Assembly: GCA_034780895.1 (NCBI GenBank)
Contig: JAUZTB010000042.1
Location: 34,990,119-35,053,127, forward strand
Length of the DNA stretch: 63,009 nucleotides
Direction of reading: 5' to 3'
Source of the DNA: Rhynchobatus australiae
Lineage: Eukaryota
The notes under the pieces were generated by a model. It ran no database searches, was not told the DNA's origin, and was given only the letters and a program-made list of their open reading frames with translations. Shown piece by piece: positions 52,706 through 63,009 of the stretch. The stretch's first letter is position 1. Every line of letters begins with the position of its first letter. The position numbers and the translations under genes are program-made.

Positions 52706-53094
52706 GAAGCCCAGAATAGCTCAGGTCTTGCCAATGGCAATGTGGGAGAAAAAGGTGCAACCATTCCTTGGCAGAGGTGGAAGTGCATCCAGACTAGAGC
52801 AGAGCCCTAAATGTAGAGAATACACTGGTGGAGGAGAATCCAGTGTTAAACATCTTGAGGAAAGCAAGGAGGAAGGTCAGGAGCAGTTGTATATGATAAA
52901 AGCAGTCACAAAATATGTTGATGGTTTTGGTTCCTGGGCAGTCCTACTGATGTAGCTAGACAGAGTAATCAAGAGGATTCAAAGATTAAATGAAAGAGGA
53001 GTGAACGAGGTCAATGTTATTTGGATAGAAGAGAAGATTGAATACAGGTTGTAGGTTGGAGGAGCGATTTTTTTATGAGAAGGACATATCTCGA

Positions 53095-54050
53095 TGAAAA
53101 ACACTATGATGCTGGAGGAACTCAACATGTCGGGCAGCATCCGTGGAGAAAAGCAGGTGGTCAATGTTTTGGGTCAGGACCCTTCTTCAGGAATGAAGAT
53201 AGGAAAAGGAGAAGCCCAATTATGGGATGGAAAAGTCATAGGTGGACCAAAGAGAGGAGGTAGGCCGGGCACAGGGTGGTGATAGGTAGATGCAGGCAAG
53301 AGATAGTGATAGGCAGGTGCAGAGGAGGAGGGGAGAGCAGATCCACCGGGGGATGGGTCAAAGGTAAGGAGGAAAAAAAAGGGTAGAAACAGAGGCCAGA
53401 AAAGGGAAGAAAAGAAGAGGCATGGTTNNNNNNNNNNNNNNNNNNNNNNNNNNNNNNNNNNNNNNNNNNNNNNNNNNNNNNNNNNNNNNNNNNNNNNNNN
53501 NNNNNNNNNNNNNNNNNNNNNNNNNNNGGCATGGTTGTGGGGTGGGGGGGGAATGGAGGGGGAGCTGCTGAGGAGAATACTTAAAGTGGAAAAATATGAT
53601 CATGCCATTAGGCTGCAAGGTTCCAAGATGGAAAATGAGGTGCTGTTCCTCCAGTTTGTGCTTGGACGTCTCCTGGCAGTAGAGGAGGCCGAGGACTGAC
53701 ATATCTGTGATGGAGTGGGAGAGGGAGCTGAAATGCCTGGCAACGGGGAGATGCAGATTGCAGTTGCAGATGGAGCGTAGGTGTTATGAGAAATGGTCAT
53801 CTAGTCTGCGTTTGCTCTCGCCAATGTAGAGGAGGCCACACTTGGTGCACTGAATGCAGTAGATGGAGGGAGGTGCAGGTAAGTCTCTGTCTCACCTGAA
53901 AGGACTGTTTGGGTCCCTGGATGGAGATGATGTAGGAGCAGGTGGTGTAGGAGCAGATGGTGCACCTATGGCAGGAGCAGTGGAAAATTCCTGGGGTGGG
54001 AGCAGGATGTCCATCAGAATCTTGGGATGCGCCCCTGATGTCAGAGTGCA
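53095..54050 (-). mobile_element. Penelope-like element fragment: GIY-YIG endonuclease plus pLTR with hammerhead remnant
   Basis: Frameshifted PGIFHCSCHRCTIC...IQGPKQSFQVRQRLTCTS...YCIQCTKCGLLYIGESKRRLDDHF...MSVLGLLYCQETSKHKLEEQHLIFHLGTLQPNGM. Hammerhead remnant CTGAAGA A GGGTC CT GACCC AAAA CATT GACC at ~53159-53194. Confidence 0.88.
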
Positions 54051-55180
54051 TAAGGTTGTGTAAGGATAATGTGATCTGATGAAAAAAAAACTGATTGGTA
54101 AAAACACTTCATTACATTTCTACAGTTTTTACATGGATTGGGATCAATTCTTTCGCCCTGCATACCAATGAGTAAAAATAAAATTTAATAGTTTAATGTT
54201 TAACAGATATTGAATAGTTTAGCCATCAGTTAAGCAAAGGAGAATGGTTTATGTTTTCCCAACATGGCATTTGCCAGTCCAGTCCTACGATGGGATTTTC
54301 ATCCAGAAGGCTAAGGATTGGGGTGGCTTCCCAAGAAAGTTCTCATAGGCATATCTGCTCAAGTGCAAACTTAAGCAGTCGATGTGTGTAATAACAGCAC
54401 TGCCAGGAGACTTGTGTCCATTATAGTTGTAGGATTTGCTTGCTCTATTATTTGGAAAAAAATCCCCTATGTGTGACATTATGTCTTCCACAGAAGATTA
54501 TATGGATTTACTGCAGACAAGATACTGTTCCTAATACAGTCCACTCACTGGAGACAGATTATCAATGCTATACACAGTTTGGTTGTCATATTTCCTGTAT
54601 TGCACATGTGGCTTCACTTCATCAAGTATTTCATAGACTGAAGGAATATTTAGAGTCTATGACGGGAAATGTGTAGATTAAATCTTTCTAGCCTTGGTTA
54701 AATCTCTACCCATGCTGTTCTATTCTTATTCCCTTTACTTACTTACAAGTATCTTGTGCAGAACTTTAAAAGCCCGTTCAAAATCTGCTCCATTTCCTTT
54801 CTCAGTGCATTTAATATGATCTCAAGGCACTCTAGGTAACTCAGAAGGAAGATGCATCATTTGATGAACTTTTTATTATGGGCCCCAGTTCTGCATAATT
54901 GACCAACATTGATATCTACCAGCAGAAAATGAAACAAGAAGTTGATTCATGACTATACAATTTCTATAGGTATACCTAAATTTCCTGGTAGAATCCATCT
55001 ATAATTTTAATGTATACTTTGTCCTTTCTTCTCAAGGAAACTTAATTAGTGGAATAATAATTAACAACTAACTTCTTTAATTTTCATGAACATTTGAGCT
55101 ACAGTAATGGAATGGGATGTGCTATTATTAGAGCTTCCCTGGTTTATGCCAACAGTTTGGTCAAGAGCTCGGGGTCAAGA

Positions 55181-55441
55181 GGGGCAGGCACAGTAGTGTA
55201 GCGGCTAGCATAACACTATTACAGTGCCAGCAACCCGGGTTCAATTCCAGCCACTGTCTGTAAGGAGTTTGTACGTTCTCCCCATGACTGCATGGGTTTC
55301 CTCCAGGTGCTTGTGTTTCCTCCCACATTCCAAAGATGTACGGGTTAGGAAGTAGTGGGCATGGTACCTCAGCGCCGGAAGCGTGGCGACACTTGTGGGC
55401 TGCCCCCAGAACATTCTAGGCAAAGATGCATTTCTTATCTT
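55181..55441 (+). mobile_element. V-SINE, same subfamily as 50652-50950, tail partly deleted
   Basis: A and B boxes, V-domain, gcgacacttgtgggctgcccccagaaca segment. Confidence 0.85.
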
Positions 55442-56499
55442 AAAGAGCCGGAGACTGGTAGAGGACTGAACGCCTGTTTGCTTCCTTACTAAACACTTAA
55501 GTTGGATGAAGTTCAGTAAAATTAGTGTTGTTGGGTTGCATTCATTTTTCACAAATAAACATAGTTCTCCTTTATTTGAGAGGCAGGATGGCAGAAGGAC
55601 AGAGAGGGTGGTAGAATGGAAGAAGGAAAAGAGTAAAAAGAGCAGGGAGAAGAGAAAAAGTGGCAGAGTGTACTGCAAGTAGTGGGAATGAAATTATGTC
55701 AGGCTGCGTGGTCATCCACTATTAAATTGTCTGCATTATAATATGTTTAAACCTTTTTAAAAAAATCACGAATCACAGACAAAACCTTTCCCCTCTTTAA
55801 ACAGCTACTAGAAAGGTGAAGCTTTTGAACTGAATTTCAGATATCACACAATGAATGCATATTGGCATACAGCACTCACTGACCAGTAAAATAAAACTTG
55901 AATGGTACGAGTTAATTGATATTGCTTTCTGATGGTAGTGATGCTGGTAACCCATCTGTGTGGTAGCTAAGATGCTTACCAATGAGTTAATGCAGATTAA
56001 TCATCTCAGCAGCTAGAGTTAAAACGCAGTGAGTCTTCTAGTAACTACTAAAAAATATGCTTTCTTGGTCTTCCTCTCTATTATGTAAAATTATTCTGAG
56101 TAAATCCATCACTGAGACAATAACATGAGGAAAGGGGCACAATTACAAGCACAATAAATCACCACAAATTATGAAATTTAACTTTAAATGCTGACTGTCC
56201 ACTGCCTCCCTCCAAAAAGTAGCTTCATGTAAGTCAATATTTGGTGAATTGAATGTTTAATAGAAGTTAACTTCATTTACAGGTAGCTTAAAGACAATTT
56301 TATTAAAAATCTGCAAAGCTACATAAATCCTACAAAAGCACTTGTATAACTTAATGCGATTTGTTTGTTCTGTACAATTTAAAGAATACACACATTACAT
56401 CTCAAATGTTCCTAAGTGCTGCAAATAATATGAATTATTCTGAAGTGCAATGACAGATGGTATAAACTTGGATGTAAATTTACTCATTGCAAGGTTGTA

Positions 56500-56770
56500 C
56501 AAGCACCAAATGGATGATTAACCAAATAGCAGGTTTTTGGGGATATTGATTGGCATACCAGAGAGGGGCAGGACTTTGGGCAATAACACTTCACTAAACT
56601 ACAGGAAGCAGTAGGAGACCTTGGATGAACATCCTTTCTGAAGGACAGCACCTCCAGCAACAACCCAGTACTTCAGCAGACAACTGTGTCCTGGCTTAAA
56701 TTATGTGCTCAGGTATAGCAGACCCACAACGATTAGACCAAATCCAACAATTCTACTGACAGAGTGTGCC
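56500..56770 (-). mobile_element. Decayed Deu-domain SINE
   Basis: ccttggatgaacatcctttctgaaggacagcacctccagca resembles the reverse Deu core. Confidence 0.5.
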
Positions 56771-58029
56771 GTGTGGCTCAGTTTAGACCATATTTAACTT
56801 TCCACTCTGGAAATGGCTGAGTTAATTATCAGTTTGTTCATAACCATTTCCCTGTAACCAGGGCATGAGGACGGAATACCCTCCCCCATTCAACGTAACT
56901 GAAAAAGACATTAAATTACAGCCCCAAACTACCCTATGAGGACTTTAAACATGATCTTCATTGATAAGATCCAAAGTTTCTCTGTTCCTTCAAAAACTTG
57001 TGGAGGGCAGTTCCACAGTCATCTTCAACACTGCAGTCTCTCTCTCAAATTTCCATCCAATACGATGTGAATCTACAAGGAGACTATCAGCAGGATATTT
57101 CATCTTAAGGTTAGCACCTTAACTCTATGGCTGTCTTCACCTGCTAACCATGTTTATGAGAGTGGATATTGAGAGTGGAGAGTGGCAACTCCAACACTTA
57201 AATTAGAATGTCAAGTTTAAGGTTATTATTCCAGTTTCCTAGTGACATGGTTTCATTTCACACGTGGATAGATTCTTTATTGACCTAACAATACAGTTGG
57301 GGCAAAAAAGGTTGATGGCAAATTTTCATGAACTACCAATCTTAACAGGTAATGATGATTTGCAATGATACACAATTCTCCAATAAGTTCAAAGTAAATG
57401 TATTAATGGATTTTTTTTTGTTTCTTACTCATGGAGTGACTGGAAACATTGAGAAAGGTACCCATCTCATGTACCACATTGAATAGTTATACAATTAGGC
57501 TATATAAAAGCAAATGACCCTTAAGAGAATCAATAGCATTGACGTGTTTGCCTCCAATTTACTGAGTGAAGTGTTACATGACATTTTGTAGCACAATTAA
57601 ATGTATGAACGACAGAAGGGTCAGTGCTTAACTTTTTTAAAAAGGAAGAGGCCTCATGTGTATTGAGTACTAGATAATTATACTTCATGCATACATTAAC
57701 TACCCCATCAANNNNNNNNNNNNNNNNNNNNNNNNNNNNNNNNNNNNNNNNNNNNNNNNNNNNNNNNNNNNNNNNNNNNNNNNNNNNNNNNNNNNNNNNN
57801 NNNNNNNNNNNNNNNNNNNNNNNNNNNNNNNNNNNNNNNNNNNNNNNNNNNNNNNNNNNNNNNNNNNNNNNNNNNNNNNNNNNNNNNNNNAAAGAAAAAC
57901 TTAAATGCATATTATGCCCTTCAGAATTGCAAGTCATGCTAATGTCCTTTTTGGCCAATGAAGTCAAATTGTAATGTAGAAGGTGCATGGTCAGTTTTTG
58001 ACGAGGCAATCTGTTTCGGTAACGATCGC

Positions 58030-58255
58030 TGAGGCTTAAATATTGGCCATAACAAGCCGGATAATCTCGCTGTATTAAAAAAAAACTTTCTTAGTTTATT
58101 TTACGTCAGTCTGAGGGTGCACATGGGGCTTTAGTTTAACATCTCATCTGAGTGACAGCACCCTCAACTGAAACGCACTCCCTCGGGATTGCTATTACAA
58201 GTCCGCCTTGAACTCAACACTTGATTCAGAGGTCAGAATGCTCCCTCCAAGACAT
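58030..58255 (-). mobile_element. Deu-domain SINE (SacSINE/AmnSINE superfamily)
   Basis: ttttacgtcagtctgagggtgcacatggggctttagtttaacatctcatctgagtgacagcacc is the reverse of the Deu core GTGCCGTCTTTCGGATGAGACGTTAAACCGAGG (recalled consensus). Confidence 0.65.
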
Positions 58256-58530
58256 GGGCACATATCTGTATTGCAGTTTTCCCCGGTAAGGTAACTGCTG
58301 CAGTTTGTAGTTACAGATTGATTAATTTCAATTAAGTTTTCGAGGATTTATTTTTAAAAAGCCTAAAGCTTACTGTGTTATAAGTGCAAGAAATGTATTT
58401 AAAGGTAAAAAAATAACACTTAGCGCAACTTACCGACTACTTGGATAAATGTGTTTAAATGCATTATCAAGGGCGATATTCTAAGCTCATTTCACAGCTT
58501 TTTCTATGTCACGGCAACAAGACACTTTAC

Positions 58531-58866
58531 CTTGGGATTCAAAAGGAGTTGTTGTTCGTCGTAATGAAGCAGCGCTCTGCTGTTTGATTGGGAATTGTTG
58601 ACGAAGATCTGGAGACAAGGATAGAGCGACGTCCCTTTGCAATCTGCCCCACATGTAAAAGTGCACTCAGACATCTCCCCGATCTGCCGCAACGACACAA
58701 CGGTGCAGTTTGCAGCCTTGCACTGCATGTTGTTCAGNNNNNNNNNNNNNNNNNNNNNNNNNNNNNNNNNNNNNNNNNNNNNNNNNNNNNNNNNNNNNNN
58801 NNNNNNNNNNNNNNNNNNNNNNNNNNNNNNNNNNNNNNNNNNNNAAGCGACTCTGACCTTCGCCAT
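58531..58866 (-). CDS. KCNMB4: KCNMB4 coding exon 1 (BK channel beta-4); TM1 masked by 107 N
   Basis: ATG at 58866; MAKVRVA-[36 X][69 protein letters not shown]|gtaaag; 336 nt, colinear with human residues 1-112. Confidence 0.95.
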
Positions 58867-59114
58867 GAAGATACCCACTCGGTGTGAGGAATTAATAGAT
58901 GCTTCTCAGTGCATCCAAACGCGGTCTTCACTGTCCCAAACTTCTGACAGTTACACAATTCAGCTTCGGCGGCAGGCGGGTGAAAGTACTAAATAACTAA
59001 CTTGTTCTGCGAGCCTTGTTTTAACTGTAAACTGCAGCCCAAACGCGCGGCTTGTATTCGCGGTGACCCAGAGCGGCTGAAAGCCCGGCAGCTACATCTG
59101 GATTAGGTAAGCCT

Positions 59115-59225
59115 CTTATATAGAAATAGAACACGGCTCCAGGAGGCTGCTGTTTACGAACTGGTCTGGTAAGTCCCATATCTGCACCCGTCACTCACCC
59201 AGATTGGGCTGGCAGGCGGGGGGTG
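59115..59225 (-). promoter_or_regulatory. KCNMB4: Candidate KCNMB4 core promoter
   Basis: Minus-strand TATATAAG (59115-59122), CCAAT (59203-59207) and GGCGGG GC-box (~59215-59220) in canonical order ~250-350 nt upstream of the ATG. CpG density is visibly raised from ~58500 onward. Confidence 0.5.
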
Positions 59226-59310
59226 TGTCTATCTAATATTTTGTATCCCCCTTAGGGAGAGCTAGGTGGTTTTTTAAAGGATTCGCGCTCGGTTAGCAGA
59301 GTGACACAAA

Positions 59311-60453
59311 ACAACGTACTGGAAGGCTAAGATTGACCGTCTAACTTAAATGCATTGCTGCGGCGAAGAGTTCTTAAGATGGTTATAGGCGCAATTTACA
59401 GTTTAAAATCCCACAATTCTTCTTTGAAGCTGGATTCTGGCACTTGAACAATTCAGGGAATTCCATCTCCCTAAGGACTTCAGCTCGGGCAAGTGATTTT
59501 CCAACAATACCAGGTGCCTCAACAAAACCACATTTTAACATCCATTCATTCCACCCCGAATTCAAGTCCCACTGTCCACTACGTTGAAACGCTCGGCTCA
59601 TTAAATGCCAAAGAAAGGCATCAAATTTACATATTATTTCATTCGAATCACTTTGCCAAGAAGTAATTGGACAATATAATGTTAATGATGCATTCATCTG
59701 TATATTTTTAAACTAAAAATAAGGATCATGCTTAGTTTTAAATAAGTATGTCAAATTTCCTGAACGAGAGGTGTCACTCCAAAAGGAGAGTCTGGAGCAG
59801 GGCGATTTGCAAAGTTATGTACTGCCACCGGAAATTTCTGAAAAATAAAACTGTGGGTGCTGGAAATCTGAAATGAAAACAGGAAATGCTGGAAATACTC
59901 GGGTCAGGCAGCATGTGTGGAAAGAGAAACAATTAGCGTTTCAGGTCCGGGACCCTTCCCTTGAACCGTTCTAACCAAGGGGTTCGGACCTAACCGTTAA
60001 CTATTTCTCTTTCCACAGATGCTGCCTAACGGGAATTTTCTGGTCACGTTTGACTTTCTTTCTCCCTCCCTCCTACGAGAGTACAGCGAAGTCGAGGCAG
60101 TAACTGTATCTTTATTTTATGAATGGGAGATTATTGTGAAGCGACCCGGGGTCAGAGAGCACCGAGAAGCAACCAATGCCAGATCCTCTGCCGGTTAGTG
60201 TTAACCTGCAGCTACCAACTTTCCACAACGTGAGCCCGTCCCATTTACATCGTTGTCAAAGAACAAGGCTCACTCATTTATTATTCACGTCCCAAAATAC
60301 AGAATTCCCTGGATTGTTCAAATGACAGTTTAATCTAGCTGCAAAGAATAATTGTGGGACGTTAAACTATAAATTGTACCCATAACCATTTTAAGGACTC
60401 TTCGCCGCAGCAATTAAGTTCAGTCAATCAATCTTGGCCTTCCAATACGTTGT
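59311..60453. repeat. ~150-bp inverted repeat pair (59311-59463 and 60302-60453)
   Basis: acaacgtactggaaggctaagattga...tgctgcggcgaagagttcttaagatggttat...tcccacaatt...cagggaattc is matched in reverse complement by 60302-60453. Confidence 0.9.
59845..60040. mobile_element. Palindromic Penelope-derived element
   Basis: ggcagcatgtgtggaaagagaaac...cgtttcaggtccgggaccct | aggggttcggacctaaccgttaactatttctctttccacagatgctgcc. Confidence 0.75.
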
Positions 60454-60611
60454 CTTGCAAGCTTTAAATGTTGCCAGGTCAGAGTGCTTTACCCTAAATG
60501 TCTTTGCCCTAAACGATAAATTACATCGTTAGATTTAGTCACTTAAATCAATGAACTGTAGAAAACTTTTTTTTAAGTTTCCAAAGCAGAGAGGGGAGTG
60601 CCGTTTAAGAA

Positions 60612-60795
60612 TTGAAAATACTCAGCAGACCCGGCAGCGTCTGTGGAGAGAGAAACAGAGTTAGCGTTTGGAGTCAGTGCCCCTTTCGTCAGATCCTCCT
60701 GAGGAAAGATCACGGACCTGAAACAACGAGAGGTGCTGTCGGAGTTGCCGAGTATTTCCAGCATTGTTTTAATTTCAGGTGTCCGGCGGCTGTAG
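60612..60795. mobile_element. Palindromic Penelope-derived element with hammerhead cores on both strands
   Basis: Minus arm CTGACGA AAGGGGCACTGACTC CAAACGC; plus arm CTGAGGA AAGATCACGGACCT GAAAC (60699-60724). Confidence 0.75.
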
Positions 60796-63009
60796 AACTG
60801 TATTGGAGTGAGATGTGTTGACGAAAGAATCTCCCGGTTCACTGCAGAGGATCCCATCGGTTTGTCCAGCGCCTACTGGTTCAATTCACCGCGATCGCCC
60901 GGGACGCTATACGTCTGAGTTTATGCCAAATAAGTTTGCTCAGAAACTCCAGCCCTGAGTCATACCATTTCGCCACGGTGGCAACTTTTAATCGCCCGTG
61001 GGCTGTAACGCAAAACACGGTGCAATGCGAACTTCTGATCAGCGGACAAACCTACGTTTAGACAACTTAAGGCAGCTGCTCTGTTGCTCTAATCAGCGAG
61101 CAACATCTTAATGGGCCGTGGGTCCTGTTGTGTTTGATGGCTGTATTCCACGAATCCAAGTTATTCCCGGAACCACAGACCCATAATACTCCGGCCCTTG
61201 CTTATGCATACAATCAATTCTAATAAGTGACATTTACTTCATAATTTTCTAAATTACCAGNNNNNNNNNNNNNNNNNNNNNNNNNNNNNNNNNNNNNNNN
61301 NNNNNNNNNNNNNNNNNNNNNNNNNNNNNNNNNNNNNNNNNNNNNNNNNNNNNNNNNNNNNNNNNNNNNNNNNNNNNNNNNNNNNNNNNNNNNNNNNNNN
61401 NNNNNNNNNNNNNNNNNNNNNNNNNNNNNNNNNNNNNNNNNNNNNNNNNNNNNNNNNNNNNNNNNNNNNNNNNNNNNNNNNNNNNNNNNNNNNNNNNNNN
61501 NNNNNNNNNNNNNNNNNNNNNNNNNNNNNNNNNNNNNNNNNNNNNNNNNNNNNNNNNNNNNNNNNNNNNNNNNNNNNNNNNNNNNNNNNNNNNNNNNNNN
61601 NNNNNNNNNNNNNNNNNNNNNNNNNNNNNNNNNNNNNNNNNNNNNNNNNNNNNNNNNNNNNNNNNNNNNNNNNNNNNNNNNNNNNNNNNNNNNNNNNNNN
61701 NNNNNNNNNNNNNNNNNNNNNNNNNNNNNNNNNNNNNNNNNNNNNNNNNNNNNNNNNNNNNNNNNNNNNNNNNNNNNNNNNNNNNNNNNNNNNNNNNNNN
61801 NNNNNNNNNNNNNNNNNNNNNNNNNNNNNNNNNNNNNNNNNNNNNNNNNNNNNNNNNNNNNNNNNNNNNNNNNNNNNNNNNNNNNNNNNNNNNNNNNNNN
61901 NNNNNNNNNNNNNNNNNNNNNNNNNNNNNNNNNNNNNNNNNNNNNNNNNNNNNNNNNNNNNNNNNNNNNNNNNNNNNNNNNNNNNNNNNNNNNNNNNNNN
62001 NNNNNNNNNNNNNNNNNNNNNNNNNNNNNNNATCAATCATGGTCTCGCACATTGCCAAGGAAACGGGGTCAGGATACAAGCGGGAGGGATTGTTCCATCA
62101 GCTCTCTCACCTTCCTTTGAGGATAGCGTCCTGTTAAGACTGGTGAGATTCAAGCTTAATTTAAACATTTCCCAATCTTCAGTTCATGTTGTAATTAATG
62201 TAATGAAATCCCCTGCCACTCCACCGAAATAAGGCGAAGACTTGGCTATATACATTAGTCAGCGTTTTGTAAAAGGAGCCTAAACCAATTATGAGAGACG
62301 GGGGCCGAGTAAGAAGAAGGGAGAGAATCAGGGCACAACTCAGCTGATTAGTCGTCGACTCCGATTTTGAGTGCTGTAAATTTTTTTTAAAAAGTTTTTG
62401 TAAACCCATCCCGCTGTACAAGCAGAATATTTTAAAACACACTTAAAGTGTCATTACTGAACAATATAGCACAAACACGTTACAATAAATCCAGATTTGT
62501 TTAGACTCCGGTGGCGTCAACGTATTTGGTTGGGTCTACAGCCGCAAACAGTGGTTTCAGAAAACAGTCAAAATATTACGGCATTGGTTTAATTACATCA
62601 TTGACAACTTAAAACAATCTCTCTCTAAAGGGGAGAATAGCCCCACTGGCTTATACTTAGAGTGGATGGTCTGTCCACCGTCCCGGGAGTTTGCCGAACC
62701 TAAACCAGGCGCCATTCTTCTTTGAAATCTGCTCACCACGTTTCTTCGTGTAACAGATCCTGATGTCTGGTGCGGTGACTCAACACCACTCTGTCACAGG
62801 CAACTGGGAATGGGCGAGGATTGTTGGCTTTACCAGCGGAACCTGTGCCCGCATAAATACAACTCCCAGCTGTATATTCTGGAGTACAAGAATGTTAGAT
62901 AGGTCCAATACTGACAACATTGTCTATCTGTGTCCACTTAACAATTACATAACGGACCAGAGAGAGGACTTCAAATTTACCTAGGAAGCCCTGGGGGGGG
63001 GGGGGGGGG

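Noticed and set aside
55241-55678. 145-aa ORF with hydrophobic N-terminus (signal-peptide-like)
   Set aside because: It derives from a pyrimidine-rich tract plus an antisense V-SINE; no coding evidence.
59100-59180. Plus-strand splice donors (ag|gtaagc, tg|gtaagt) suggesting a divergent lncRNA
   Set aside because: Motifs alone are insufficient, and no acceptor or exon chain can be supported without RNA data.

Overview
Vertebrate genomic DNA from a gappy short-read assembly, most likely a cartilaginous fish (shark or ray); this is inferred from the V-SINE, Deu-SINE, CR1, Rex1 and Penelope repeat content. Two genes lie tail-to-tail, as at human 12q15. On the + strand is the 3' part of PTPRB (VE-PTP, an R3 receptor tyrosine phosphatase): 15 GT-AG exons at 1990-19428 covering the last FN3 repeats, the TM helix, an 18-nt micro-exon and an intact PTP domain, plus a probable terminal exon at ~26264-26289. 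On the - strand is a complete three-exon KCNMB4 (BK channel beta-4, 210 codons, 58866->42107) with a TATA/CCAAT/GC promoter in a CpG-rich region. Most of the rest is decayed retroelements. The most unusual signal is a family of Penelope-derived sequences carrying minimal type-I hammerhead ribozyme motifs (CUGANGA-stem II-GAAAC-GUH). They occur at the 3' ends of Penelope GIY-YIG fragments and, repeatedly, as short palindromic head-to-head elements with a hammerhead remnant on each strand. Also notable: a ~150-bp inverted repeat pair just upstream of KCNMB4, a CR1-in-CR1 insertion, V-SINEs with two different LINE-type tails, an intronic duplication and minisatellite, and substitutions in beta-4 at residues important in mammals. 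Comparisons to human proteins and repeat consensus sequences are from memory, not database searches, and repeat boundaries are approximate.
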